Shown: piece by piece, positions 27,707-35,192 of the stretch
Layout of the letters: every line of letters begins with the position of its first letter
How positions within the stretch are numbered: position 1 is the stretch's first letter
IMG/VR virus record: IMGVR_UViG_3300045988_100207
DNA from: a virus
Direction: 5' to 3' (one strand)
Length of the DNA: 64,000 nt
Notes under the pieces: generated by a model
The model's input: the letters and a program-made list of their open reading frames with translations, nothing else
The model's database searches: none
What the model was told of the DNA's origin: nothing
Translations under genes and position numbers: made by a program

Positions 27707-29125
27707 TTATAATCCAAGTTTCTTTGTATTTTTATAGCCGTTCTTCGACTTGCCGGCAGGCTTTGGTCTGTTTCTCGCATTCCTAGCCGCATTCTGCGAA
27801 GCTGCTGCCTGACTGGTAACAGATGCACCCTTTCTTCTTGTGGTGGTCGTTACCTCTGCGCCAGTCTTCGGATTGATGGTCTTTGTACTGGTAGAAGTAG
27901 AAGTCTCGCCCTGCGGAAGCTTGCCGTATTCACGGTAGTACTCCTGTTCCCACATGGTCTTGTTAGGCTGATAGCGCATCTTGCCGTTCTTATCCTCAAA
28001 CCAGTACTTGGCTCCCGAGCCGCTACCGCTCCTGCCTGACCGTCCACCGCCGCCACGCCCCTTATGGGTTGCGTTATACTGCTGAATAGCCAGACGCTGC
28101 CTAGCCTGCTCATCCTTCACCTTGTCACGCTCCTTCTTATACTCGAAGTCACGCTTATCCTTATCCTTCTTATACTGGGCAGCAGCCTCATCCTTTCCCT
28201 TTCGGTACTCAAACTTATCCTTGGCAAGCTGATTACCCTCACCACGAAGACCCATAAGATACTCCTTATAAACCTGATCAGCCTGTGCTTTTCGGTTATC
28301 TAGGTCGAAGTTTGCCTGCTTATAGGCAGCATCCGCATCAAGGGCAGCCTGTCTCTGTCTCTGAGCCTTGCGGTTTTGATAACCCTGTTCCATCATGGCA
28401 GTAGGGTCGTTGAACACCTGCAGAGGCGCACCCTTCGAAGTGTTGATGATGTTTCCCATGTGACGGATAGCATCTGCAAAGGCTGCAATACGCTCTCGGT
28501 TGGTAGTGATTCTGCGGTCATATTCGTCAGGAGTCTCGCCATCACGCATTCCCGGTCTACTCTTCGGTATAACCTTGCCGAGCCAACTGAAAAAGCCGCC
28601 ATCCCTTTTTTTAGGGTCAGCCTCAAACTCTGGAACCTGCTGTTCCTGCGGCATCTGAAAGCCGCTCAGAGCAGTAGAAAGCGTATCATAGCGAGGTGTT
28701 CCGTCAGCATTCCAACCTGTAGAAGGCTGCGGCATTCCCTCAAAATTGCTCTGAGGCTGAGGAGTATTCTCTGCTGCATCGCCCATGTAAGGAGTCTGTA
28801 CTGGTCCCAAGGCTGGGTTAGCATTACCACTTCCCTGCGGAACGAACTCTTCCTGCTTAGGCATCTGGGTGAAGTCTGTAATTGGTGCTGCGCCAGTCTG
28901 AACAGGCTGAGCCTCAAACTTACCGGTAGCACCGCCCCCATTCCCGAAGAAGTTAACGCCAGCACCGCCATTTACCCCCGCGGCTCCTCCGTTGCCTCCA
29001 TTCATCACCTGATCATAATCGGGATATTTCGCCCTCATCAGGTCATGCACAGCCTCAGGATAGCCGCCGATAGTTACCGGCTTCTTCCTAGGCTGCTGCG
29101 TATTCTGATTATTGTTTACTACCAT
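27707..29125 (-). CDS. hypothetical low-complexity protein (472 aa): Gly/Asn-rich N-terminal half, strongly basic C-terminal half
   Basis: GGNGGAAGVNGGAGVNFFGNGGGATG, then KDKFEYRKGKDE...KGRGGGGRSGRSGSGSG. Its stop lies 18 nt before the giant ORF start. Confidence 0.8.
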   Translation of the reverse strand: MVVNNNQNTQQPRKKPVTIGGYPEAVHDLMRAKYPDYDQVMNGGNGGAAGVNGGAGVNFFGNGGGATGKFEAQPVQTGAAPITDFTQMPKQEEFVPQGSGNANPALGPVQTPYMGDAAENTPQPQSNFEGMPQPSTGWNADGTPRYDTLSTALSGFQMPQEQQVPEFEADPKKRDGGFFSWLGKVIPKSRPGMRDGETPDEYDRRITTNRERIAAFADAIRHMGNIINTSKGAPLQVFNDPTAMMEQGYQNRKAQRQRQAALDADAAYKQANFDLDNRKAQADQVYKEYLMGLRGEGNQLAKDKFEYRKGKDEAAAQYKKDKDKRDFEYKKERDKVKDEQARQRLAIQQYNATHKGRGGGGRSGRSGSGSGAKYWFEDKNGKMRYQPNKTMWEQEYYREYGKLPQGETSTSTSTKTINPKTGAEVTTTTRRKGASVTSQAAASQNAARNARNRPKPAGKSKNGYKNTKKLGL

Positions 29126-30357
29126 AAGTGTTGCATATTCTTAAATAAGTCTATAACATCATCACCAAATAGCCTAACCGTAACCTTTAAGCTTGGAGAA
29201 ATATCTTTCTGGTTTGTAACGTCTCCATTAGAATTGTCATCTTTGACAGGAGAAAGTTTCTTATCCTCTTCCTCGCTTAAATCAGGAAGCTGAGGGTTGA
29301 AACTGTAGCCATTCGCTAAGCGGCGATATTCTTTGAAGTCTTCTGAACAAATGGGTTTTTCGCAAACTATAGCCTTTGCCATCTTCCGAATCATCTTTAC
29401 AGCTTCAATACCGTATTCACGATACTCCTTAGAGTATTTACGAACCTCTTCAACCAGCTTGGTCTTCTCCTCCAACTCCTTCTTGGTAGCCGCCAGTTCA
29501 TTGCCCAAGTCGGCAATTACCTCGTCCTTCTCTGCAATCACCTTCTCTTTATAAGCGAGAGCACTCTCGGCACTCTTCAAAGCCCGAGCATCAATCTCGT
29601 CAACAATCTTGTCTGCAAGCTTCTTCTTCAACTTCTCGTTCTCCCCAACATACTTAAGACCTAACTCGGCAAGATTCTTCTCACGAATCTTTGTAAGGCG
29701 AAGTTCCTCGTTTTTATTGTGGATAATCTTGTTAAGTCGTGTAATCTCCTTGCCGAGATGCTTAATCTTCTTTCCCTGCTCAGCAATGGTTTGCTTGGAA
29801 GAACTAGCAATTTCCAATATGTCGAGCTTTTCATGCTCCAACTTCTTGATCTTCTCAGTCTGTTCGTCAACCAAGGCTTTATCGAAGTATCTCGCAGGAA
29901 TCTCACCTTTTTTCAAATCCTCATTTTCCTTCTCCAGAACTGATTTTTCATAATAGAGTCGGCTGATACTGTTCTCCTTCTTCTCTACAAGCGAAAGCAA
30001 ACGAGTAATCTCTTTATTCTGCTCGTCAATCTGCTTTGCCTGCTCATCCAACAAGGCATCGTTGAACTGGGAAGCTGCTTCTTTAAGGGCAGGGTTGCCT
30101 TTCTTTGCTTTCTCTTTACCAGAGACAGGTGCGTTAGCATGCTCTTCAAGCTCCTTCTTCAAGCGAGCCTCTCGCTCATACCATTCAATAGGAGACAAAC
30201 CAACAGTCCATCTATTGGCATTGGCTACCTTTATGGCTTCGCAAACTTCTGGCTTCTCAAATTCTCTTATCGCACCATTCTGGTATATGACTTTATTCGC
30301 TAAAACCATGTGAAAACCTTCCTTCTTCAATATCTTCTTTGCTTCTTCAAATGTCAT
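29119..30357 (-). CDS. hypothetical coiled-coil protein (412 aa)
   Basis: Long Glu/Lys heptad-like stretches. Overlaps the downstream gene by 7 nt. Confidence 0.8.
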   Translation of the reverse strand: MTFEEAKKILKKEGFHMVLANKVIYQNGAIREFEKPEVCEAIKVANANRWTVGLSPIEWYEREARLKKELEEHANAPVSGKEKAKKGNPALKEAASQFNDALLDEQAKQIDEQNKEITRLLSLVEKKENSISRLYYEKSVLEKENEDLKKGEIPARYFDKALVDEQTEKIKKLEHEKLDILEIASSSKQTIAEQGKKIKHLGKEITRLNKIIHNKNEELRLTKIREKNLAELGLKYVGENEKLKKKLADKIVDEIDARALKSAESALAYKEKVIAEKDEVIADLGNELAATKKELEEKTKLVEEVRKYSKEYREYGIEAVKMIRKMAKAIVCEKPICSEDFKEYRRLANGYSFNPQLPDLSEEEDKKLSPVKDDNSNGDVTNQKDISPSLKVTVRLFGDDVIDLFKNMQHLW

Positions 30358-30360
30358 AAT

Positions 30361-30687
30361 CTATTTTGTTTTATGTTTTAAAAACAGGTTTATAATATCG
30401 TGGTATGATGCAGGAATAATGCCGTTATCTGTCTCTTTGTAATAGTAGAATTTAGAACCCCACTCATCAGATTCTTTCTTGCTTTCTACCACTTGCACAT
30501 TTCGGACTTTTCCATCCTTGCATATCAACCGAGCACAATACTCTCTTCTAGTATTTACTCTATGGTTATACTGCTCGTCCATTTCTTTTAAGAACTTCCT
30601 TAAATCATCTAGCGTTATCTTATTATTGCTAGACTCGAATGGCTTTTCTGTCTGAGACAAAAGACCTTTTCCTATCTTTACTTCCAT
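30361..30687 (-). CDS. hypothetical protein (108 aa)
   Basis: Ends 3 nt before the next gene start. Confidence 0.7.
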   Translation of the reverse strand: MEVKIGKGLLSQTEKPFESSNNKITLDDLRKFLKEMDEQYNHRVNTRREYCARLICKDGKVRNVQVVESKKESDEWGSKFYYYKETDNGIIPASYHDIINLFLKHKTK

Positions 30688-30729
30688 ATTATTTATATTT
30701 AATCATTTTAACACTTCCCGAAAATTTAA

Positions 30730-30851
30730 GGGTGGGGGAAATCGGAAAACCGAAATCCAGAAAAAGGGGGTGGGGGGAGGCAGAATTTCTTTATTTGTAT
30801 TATTCTACTATAATTTGCAACGGTGGTCAAAGGGGGTGGGGGTCTTGGGGG
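30730..30851 (+). repeat. three G-tract blocks (GGGTGGGGG; GGGGGTGGGGGGAGG; GGGGGTGGGGGTCTTGGGGG)
   Basis: Located at 30730-30738, 30766-30780 and 30832-30851, inside a 220-nt gap between two minus-strand genes. Confidence 0.8.
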
Positions 30852-30907
30852 CGCCTGTTGTGCCTCGTCCACCTTGCCTGTCGCTCGTCCGCTCCACCTC
30901 CTAGCTG

Positions 30908-31675
30908 CTACCCAAGCCCCGACAAGCCAACTGCCTTCTTCAAGCGGTATTGGTTCTTCTCCTCGGGAGTCATCATGCTCTCAGCCAAATGGTCGCTTGC
31001 AGCAGAACGAGCGGTCTCATTCATGGTGTGTGATACATTTGTGTTATCAATTGGCTTTTCATTTGAGCCTAAAGCGTTGGCTTTCACCCCTTTAGCACCT
31101 TCGAGTTCTGACCCCAATTGGTTCACACCGAAATTGAACATAGCATTTGACGCATTTTGAGCCGCATCACTAGTGGCTTGCGCCTTCTGCTGCTCGATTT
31201 GCTGACGTTCTCTAGACAACTGCTGAGTGTTCTGAAGGTGAGCATCCTCCACATGCTGCTTGCGAGCCGTGTCCTGTGCCGCTACGTTGGCTATCGTATC
31301 GCCCATAGCCTTGTTAGCTGCTTCTTTTGCCATCGCAACGCTTGCAGCAGTTCCACCGCCAACGGCAGCAGCACCATCAGCCTTGCGGACGTACTCATCC
31401 TGTACCTCCTTCGCCCTTCTCATGAGGTTCTGACCCGCTTTCGTATCAAGGTAGTCCGTGTTGTAGTTCTTGTCGTACCAAGCCTTCTCAGCGTTCGTTC
31501 TGTACGTGTTCTCCGCTTGTGCCCTTCTAGCCGCCTTCTTCGCCTTGTTTGCACCAAAGAGAGAAGACGCAACACCGCCCGCCAAGGCAGCAGCACCTAA
31601 TATCCACTCCTTTTTGTCCGTGAGTACAGGACAAGAGGTCAAATGCTTTGGGATTTTTGATAATATTTCCGTCAT
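30908..31675 (-). CDS. hypothetical protein with one TM segment and an Ala/Gln-rich coiled region (255 aa from Met at 31675)
   Basis: The track ORF extends to 31837, but a -7-like box at 31703-31710 favours the internal start MTEILSKI. TM segment: WILGAAALAGGVASSLFG. Confidence 0.65.
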   Translation of the reverse strand: MTEILSKIPKHLTSCPVLTDKKEWILGAAALAGGVASSLFGANKAKKAARRAQAENTYRTNAEKAWYDKNYNTDYLDTKAGQNLMRRAKEVQDEYVRKADGAAAVGGGTAASVAMAKEAANKAMGDTIANVAAQDTARKQHVEDAHLQNTQQLSRERQQIEQQKAQATSDAAQNASNAMFNFGVNQLGSELEGAKGVKANALGSNEKPIDNTNVSHTMNETARSAASDHLAESMMTPEEKNQYRLKKAVGLSGLG

Positions 31676-31702
31676 AATTGCAATTATTTGATGTTTCGAG
31701 GG

Positions 31703-31710
31703 CAAATATA
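31703..31710 (-). promoter_or_regulatory. -7-like box (CAAATATA, reverse complement of TAnnTTTG) for the minus-strand operon
   Basis: Lies 28 nt upstream of ATG 31675. No matching -33 element. Confidence 0.35.
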
Positions 31711-32104
31711 TAATATTTGAAGTTCCGTTTTGCCGTGTTCCAACCTCGTTCAAAATCGCCCCAAATCCCACAAATTTCTTTCTCGGGGCGCAACTCACCC
31801 CTTCTTCTCCTCTCTCTTTGCCCTCTAGAAAACCCATTTTGTAAACATACGTGATTATTGTAAAGAAAAGACAAGTGACTAAATATAAGCAAGTTAGTTT
31901 CAGTTGTTCCCGATGGAGAATAAAGCCGTGATGTAAAGAAAGTTCTTATTTCATAAAAGAAGATTCTTTGCAAACAAAAAAGGATGTTTGCATTAATAGG
32001 TACGCACGCACGCAAGGAGTTCGTTAGCAAACTTTAACTAGGCGCATTCAACCTTCTTGAATGGTTTTCACCCACAATCAACGCTAAACTCGCCCATTTC
32101 TGAA

Positions 32105-32332
32105 GATTTTTGCGATTTTCGGGCAGTTGGTCGGGATTTTTCCCAAATTCGTGAGTTTTGAGCCGTTTAAGAGCCATTTGCAAGCAGATTAGAGCCGATT
32201 TTGTGGGTTTTTCGTAGATTTCATGGTTTTGTGCAAGATAATGCGCTCATCTAGGATTAAGGCTTTTTGAAGATGATTTAGGCGGTTTTTATTTTCCTAG
32301 TTGGAGAAATATTTTTTCCTAGTTAGGGAAAT
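32105..32332. repeat. iteron-like short repeats in a 640-bp non-coding region
   Basis: GAGCC(G/A)(A)TTT x3 (about 32159, 32171, 32192), several (C/G)GATTTT units, and a 22-bp-period direct repeat TTTTCCTAGTT(G/A)G(A/G)GAAAT (32292-32310, 32314-32332). Confidence 0.6.
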
Positions 32333-32412
32333 TGTTTTCTTTGGTTGTGTGGTCTCCTGTACTCTCTCTTCTCTTGTGTGTTCTCCTTATGGGTGAGAGT
32401 GAAGAATCCTCG

Positions 32413-32458
32413 GGGGAGATAAGGGGGCAGCGCCCCCACGGGCGCAAGCGCCCTCCCC
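32413..32458 (+). other. GC-rich three-way-junction element, copy 1
   Basis: GGGGAG-ATAA-[GGGGGC AGC GCCCCC]-ACG-[GGCG CAAG CGCC]-CTCCCC. Confidence 0.7.
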
Positions 32459-32483
32459 ATGCCCTGTGGGGCTGACGCCCTCA

Positions 32484-32801
32484 CTACTCTGCACAAAAGT
32501 GGCAAGGCTCGAACCCCTCGTTCTCTGCCTTATAAAGTGGCATTCTTTCAGTCATATCATCGTGTACTCCTTTGCAGTTGTAATCGAAGTGATAGTAGTA
32601 TGTATCATAATCTGCAAAAACTTCCATTTCCTCATACTCCCTATGATACTCTTCTTTTTGTTCTTCTTGTTTACGCTCAACGTCTTCGTTCACGTTGTGA
32701 AAGAACGTACTTTTGAAGGAGTACACCAAGACAACCGCAACAAAGCAGAATCCAAGCAAACCGCCTAAGAATGTGCCAACCTTACTTAAAAACTTCTTCA
32801 T
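32484..32801 (-). CDS. small membrane-anchored protein (105 aa) with a C-terminal Cys motif
   Basis: TM segment VGTFLGGLLGFCFVAVVLVY. C-terminus reads YHFDYNCKGV...GFEPCHFCAE. ATGA overlap with the upstream HTH gene. Confidence 0.65.
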   Translation of the reverse strand: MKKFLSKVGTFLGGLLGFCFVAVVLVYSFKSTFFHNVNEDVERKQEEQKEEYHREYEEMEVFADYDTYYYHFDYNCKGVHDDMTERMPLYKAENEGFEPCHFCAE

Positions 32802-33100
32802 CTTGCTATAATCTTTAATTCATCAACTTGCTTGAAGAACTCCTCCAATGTATCGGCAGTATAATGGATGCCATTATAGCGTATAAACGATGCAAAGTCA
32901 CTCTTATCACTCTCCTCGAAGAGTTCGGACACCTTGCAGCCGATTATCTCTGCCATTTGTTCTAACTTGTCTAGTCCAATCTTTCTACGTCTAAGTAGCT
33001 GATTTAGACTTGTAACATGCTCATAACCCATCTGTGTGGCTAACTCTGAAACTAATATATTGTGCTCTTTGCAGCACTCTTTTATTCGTAATTCTATCAT
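32798..33100 (-). CDS. XRE-family HTH transcriptional regulator (100 aa)
   Basis: NILVSELATQMGYEHVTSLNQLLRRRK helix-turn-helix pattern. Diverges from the early promoter and operator repeats. Confidence 0.8.
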   Translation of the reverse strand: MIELRIKECCKEHNILVSELATQMGYEHVTSLNQLLRRRKIGLDKLEQMAEIIGCKVSELFEESDKSDFASFIRYNGIHYTADTLEEFFKQVDELKIIAR

Positions 33101-33120
33101 AATAATCTAATTTAATGGCG

Positions 33121-33128
33121 CAAAGATA
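33121..33128 (-). promoter_or_regulatory. -7-like box CAAAGATA for the XRE gene
   Basis: Reverse complement of TAnnTTTG, 21 nt upstream of ATG 33100. Confidence 0.45.
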
Positions 33129-33180
33129 CGAAATTATTTTGATAATAGCGCATTTTTGAGAAACTTTTTATTTTTATTAA

Positions 33181-33310
33181 GCGCAGAAATGCGCTATTAA
33201 TTGTTAAATTCTTTAAGGCTTTCGCATAAATGCGCTACTTTTTGGTTAAATAGCGTGAAAATAAGAAAGAAATATCGCAGAACATTTGGAACTTTCGCAG
33301 AAATGCGCTA
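33181..33310. promoter_or_regulatory. three operator-like 16-mers (G/T)CGCA(G/T)AAATGCGCTA
   Basis: Copies at 33181-33196, 33222-33237 and 33295-33310. Each contains the inverted repeat GCGCA-N3-TGCGC. Copy 3 overlaps the -7 box of the early promoter. Confidence 0.65.
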
Positions 33311-33316
33311 TATTTG
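33285..33316 (+). promoter_or_regulatory. early promoter (-33 TTTG, -7 TATATTTG)
   Basis: TTTG at 33285-33288 and TAnnTTTG at 33309-33316, spaced 20 nt apart as in the Bacteroides consensus. Confidence 0.6.
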
Positions 33317-33673
33317 CACCCGAAATCAAGTTGGTTTGATTTCAAGAGGAACGATGGCACGTTTAGAACTTCACGTTTAACTACCTCTATAAAAGTACAG
33401 ATTAGTCGGGAAAGTCAGAGAGATAGAACTCTTCAAACTTCAAAGGAAAATGCGACCGAGTTAGTTGCCACTCTAAAAAGCAACAAGACAAAGAAGTCTC
33501 AAACACTCATCACGCAAGATGTAAAAACGCTAGTCGTGTTAGACTAGAGAAACATCGAAACACGTCAACCCACGGACGTTAAACGAAGGGAGTTAGGTCA
33601 CATATAACTTGTGAACGTTGGGCGCAAACGTACACCTGCACTTTGTATGTATAACATTTTAACAACAACGACA

Positions 33674-33841
33674 ATGGAAACAACAAAGATGTGTTTATTA
33701 GAATTGACTAAGGCTGAGGCTATGGTAATAGCAAACACGCTTAGAAGAACTGCAAACGAGAATCCATTTCATTGGAAGGGTAGCAGCGTTAAGAAGACAA
33801 GAGACCTGTACGATAACGTACTCACTCAGTTGTACGACTAA
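33674..33841 (+). CDS. small hypothetical protein (55 aa), member of a 3-copy paralog family
   Basis: ATG METTKMCLLELTKAEAMVIANTL. The track start at 33611 is GTG. Confidence 0.5.
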   Translation: METTKMCLLELTKAEAMVIANTLRRTANENPFHWKGSSVKKTRDLYDNVLTQLYD

Positions 33842-33854
33842 AATATTAAAGACT

Positions 33855-34253
33855 ATGGCAAAGTTAGCAGATTATTACATTTGTGACCTTCGATATACCG
33901 AAGAAGGTTACGTAATTTTAGACGAAGATGAGGTTCAACCTCAAGGATATGAAGACAATGATGAGTACATCAAAGAGTTTTGGGGAGAATATCCGTTTAT
34001 CGGGAAGTATCCTGTAATGTACAGAGGTAAACTTGTTGATGTACTTGTGTTCAAAGATTACGAACAATACTTTGGAGTGTTCAAAGATGAAGGCAAGTGC
34101 ATGAAGGACTACATAGTTGTGAAAGACTACATTTGCGAACCCGACAGGAAACCCGAAGTTGTTGCACAATTCGACACAAGAGAAAAGGCAGAAGAGTACT
34201 CCTTACAACATGAAGGTGTATATTGGGTGTATGAAATGAGTAAGGAATGGTAA
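33855..34253 (+). CDS. hypothetical protein (132 aa)
   Basis: ATG ORF with an acidic N-terminal half. Confidence 0.7.
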   Translation: MAKLADYYICDLRYTEEGYVILDEDEVQPQGYEDNDEYIKEFWGEYPFIGKYPVMYRGKLVDVLVFKDYEQYFGVFKDEGKCMKDYIVVKDYICEPDRKPEVVAQFDTREKAEEYSLQHEGVYWVYEMSKEW

Positions 34254-34263
34254 GTAACAATGT

Positions 34264-34309
34264 GGGGAGATAAGGGGGCAGCGCCCCCACGGGGCGTACG
34301 CCCCTCCCC
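34264..34309 (+). other. GC-rich three-way-junction element, copy 2
   Basis: Matches copy 1 in the outer stem, both linkers and hairpin 1. The second hairpin is GGGC GTAC GCCC (two base pairs flipped with compensation; loop CAAG in copy 1). Confidence 0.7.
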
Positions 34310-34330
34310 ACGCCAAACAGACAAAAGATT

Positions 34331-34594
34331 ATGGGAAAATATTTGGTAAACACGTACAGCACTATCAGAAAAACAAACGGAGATACATTTCGGTATGAAG
34401 GTTTCACAAAAGTGCTTAGCGAGAATGTAGTAAAAATCGCAAAACAAGCTAACAAGGAAGTTGGCTACAAGTACGTAGGACGTTTCAAAGATACACACGG
34501 ACGCTATTACACTAGGTATGAGCGCATGGCTGAGGAGTTATCTAACTCGGAACGTGAAGTTATCTACTTCGTAACAATAACAACATTAAAATAA
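34331..34594 (+). CDS. small hypothetical protein (87 aa), paralog of 34749..35006
   Basis: Shared pattern ...K(E/K)(V/L)GYKY(V/K)GR..D......T(R/K)Y...E....Y(F/K)..IT.LK. Confidence 0.65.
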   Translation: MGKYLVNTYSTIRKTNGDTFRYEGFTKVLSENVVKIAKQANKEVGYKYVGRFKDTHGRYYTRYERMAEELSNSEREVIYFVTITTLK

Positions 34595-34598
34595 GACT

Positions 34599-34730
34599 AT
34601 GGCTAAAGAAGTTCATGTTATATTGAAGGGCGATTGCTATTCTATGAACACATATTGCAGCACCATCAAAGATTTTTTGGAAATGAGACACCTCAAGAGA
34701 AGTGACGTTTCCGATTGGTGGAAAGAATAA
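34599..34730 (+). CDS. possible small ORF (43 aa)
   Basis: ATG 4 nt after the previous stop. Below the track cutoff. Confidence 0.35.
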   Translation: MAKEVHVILKGDCYSMNTYCSTIKDFLEMRHLKRSDVSDWWKE

Positions 34731-34748
34731 TTATTAAAGTTAAGAGTT

Positions 34749-35006
34749 ATGGCAAATAATATCGTAGAGTTCAGTATAGTTAGAATACCCGCTGAAGGAG
34801 GAGTAAAAGTTGAACCGATTTCCTGTAAGATATGCACTGATAATCGTGTGAAGGAAATCAAGAAACAGATGAAGAAGTTAGGCTACAAGTACAAAGGACG
34901 TGACAGGGATATGTACGACAACATTTTCACGAAGTATATAAAGCTAAGTGAAATCCTTCCCGAGGAAAAAGTATTCTATAAGTATCAAATAACAAGATTA
35001 AAATAA
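34749..35006 (+). CDS. small hypothetical protein (85 aa), paralog of 34331..34594
   Basis: See 34331..34594. Confidence 0.65.
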   Translation: MANNIVEFSIVRIPAEGGVKVEPISCKICTDNRVKEIKKQMKKLGYKYKGRDRDMYDNIFTKYIKLSEILPEEKVFYKYQITRLK

Positions 35007-35012
35007 ACGATT

Positions 35013-35180
35013 ATGGAAAAGACAATAACGCTTTCGGGCGATGAGATATACAATATCACATCAGCTATTAACGACAGAATAATCCTTCTAGAGGAATGTA
35101 TTTCAAGCCACGATGATACTCCTATAACGCACAAGCGATTGAAGGAGTTCAAAGAGATTAAAGCAAAGTTGAACAATTAA
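35013..35180 (+). CDS. small hypothetical protein (55 aa), paralog of 35193..35375
   Basis: MEKTITLSGDEIYNITSAINDRI compared with MEKTITLTSDEISSITLAIYDKV. Below the track cutoff. Confidence 0.5.
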   Translation: MEKTITLSGDEIYNITSAINDRIILLEECISSHDDTPITHKRLKEFKEIKAKLNN

Positions 35181-35192
35181 AACGATAAGAAA

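Noticed and set aside
9861-27737. Dozens of plus-strand ORFs of 60-335 aa inside the giant gene (for example 12189..13070, 13074..13781, 13866..14873, 16350..17246, 25989..26891).
   Set aside because: They are antisense shadows of a continuous 5,935-aa ORF. Their composition is Leu/Ser/His/Arg-rich and junk-like, they carry no motifs, and many overlap one another.
31527-32030. 167-aa minus-strand ORF, and the N-terminal extension of 30908..31837.
   Set aside because: It runs through the repeat-rich non-coding region and across a -7-like box. The internal Met at 31675 gives a cleaner gene model.
33314-33547. 77-aa ORF in the early leader.
   Set aside because: It uses a TTG start inside the -7 box, upstream of the predicted transcription start. 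Its composition is Thr/Ser/Lys-rich. I treat this region as an untranslated leader.
32323-34498. ORFs 32323..32505 (-), 34081..34455 (-) and 34127..34498 (-). The first two share the peptide GALPPYLP, and 34127..34498 crosses the same element in another frame.
   Set aside because: The shared peptide is just the translation of the duplicated GC-rich structured element. The ORFs lie antisense to, or between, better-supported genes.
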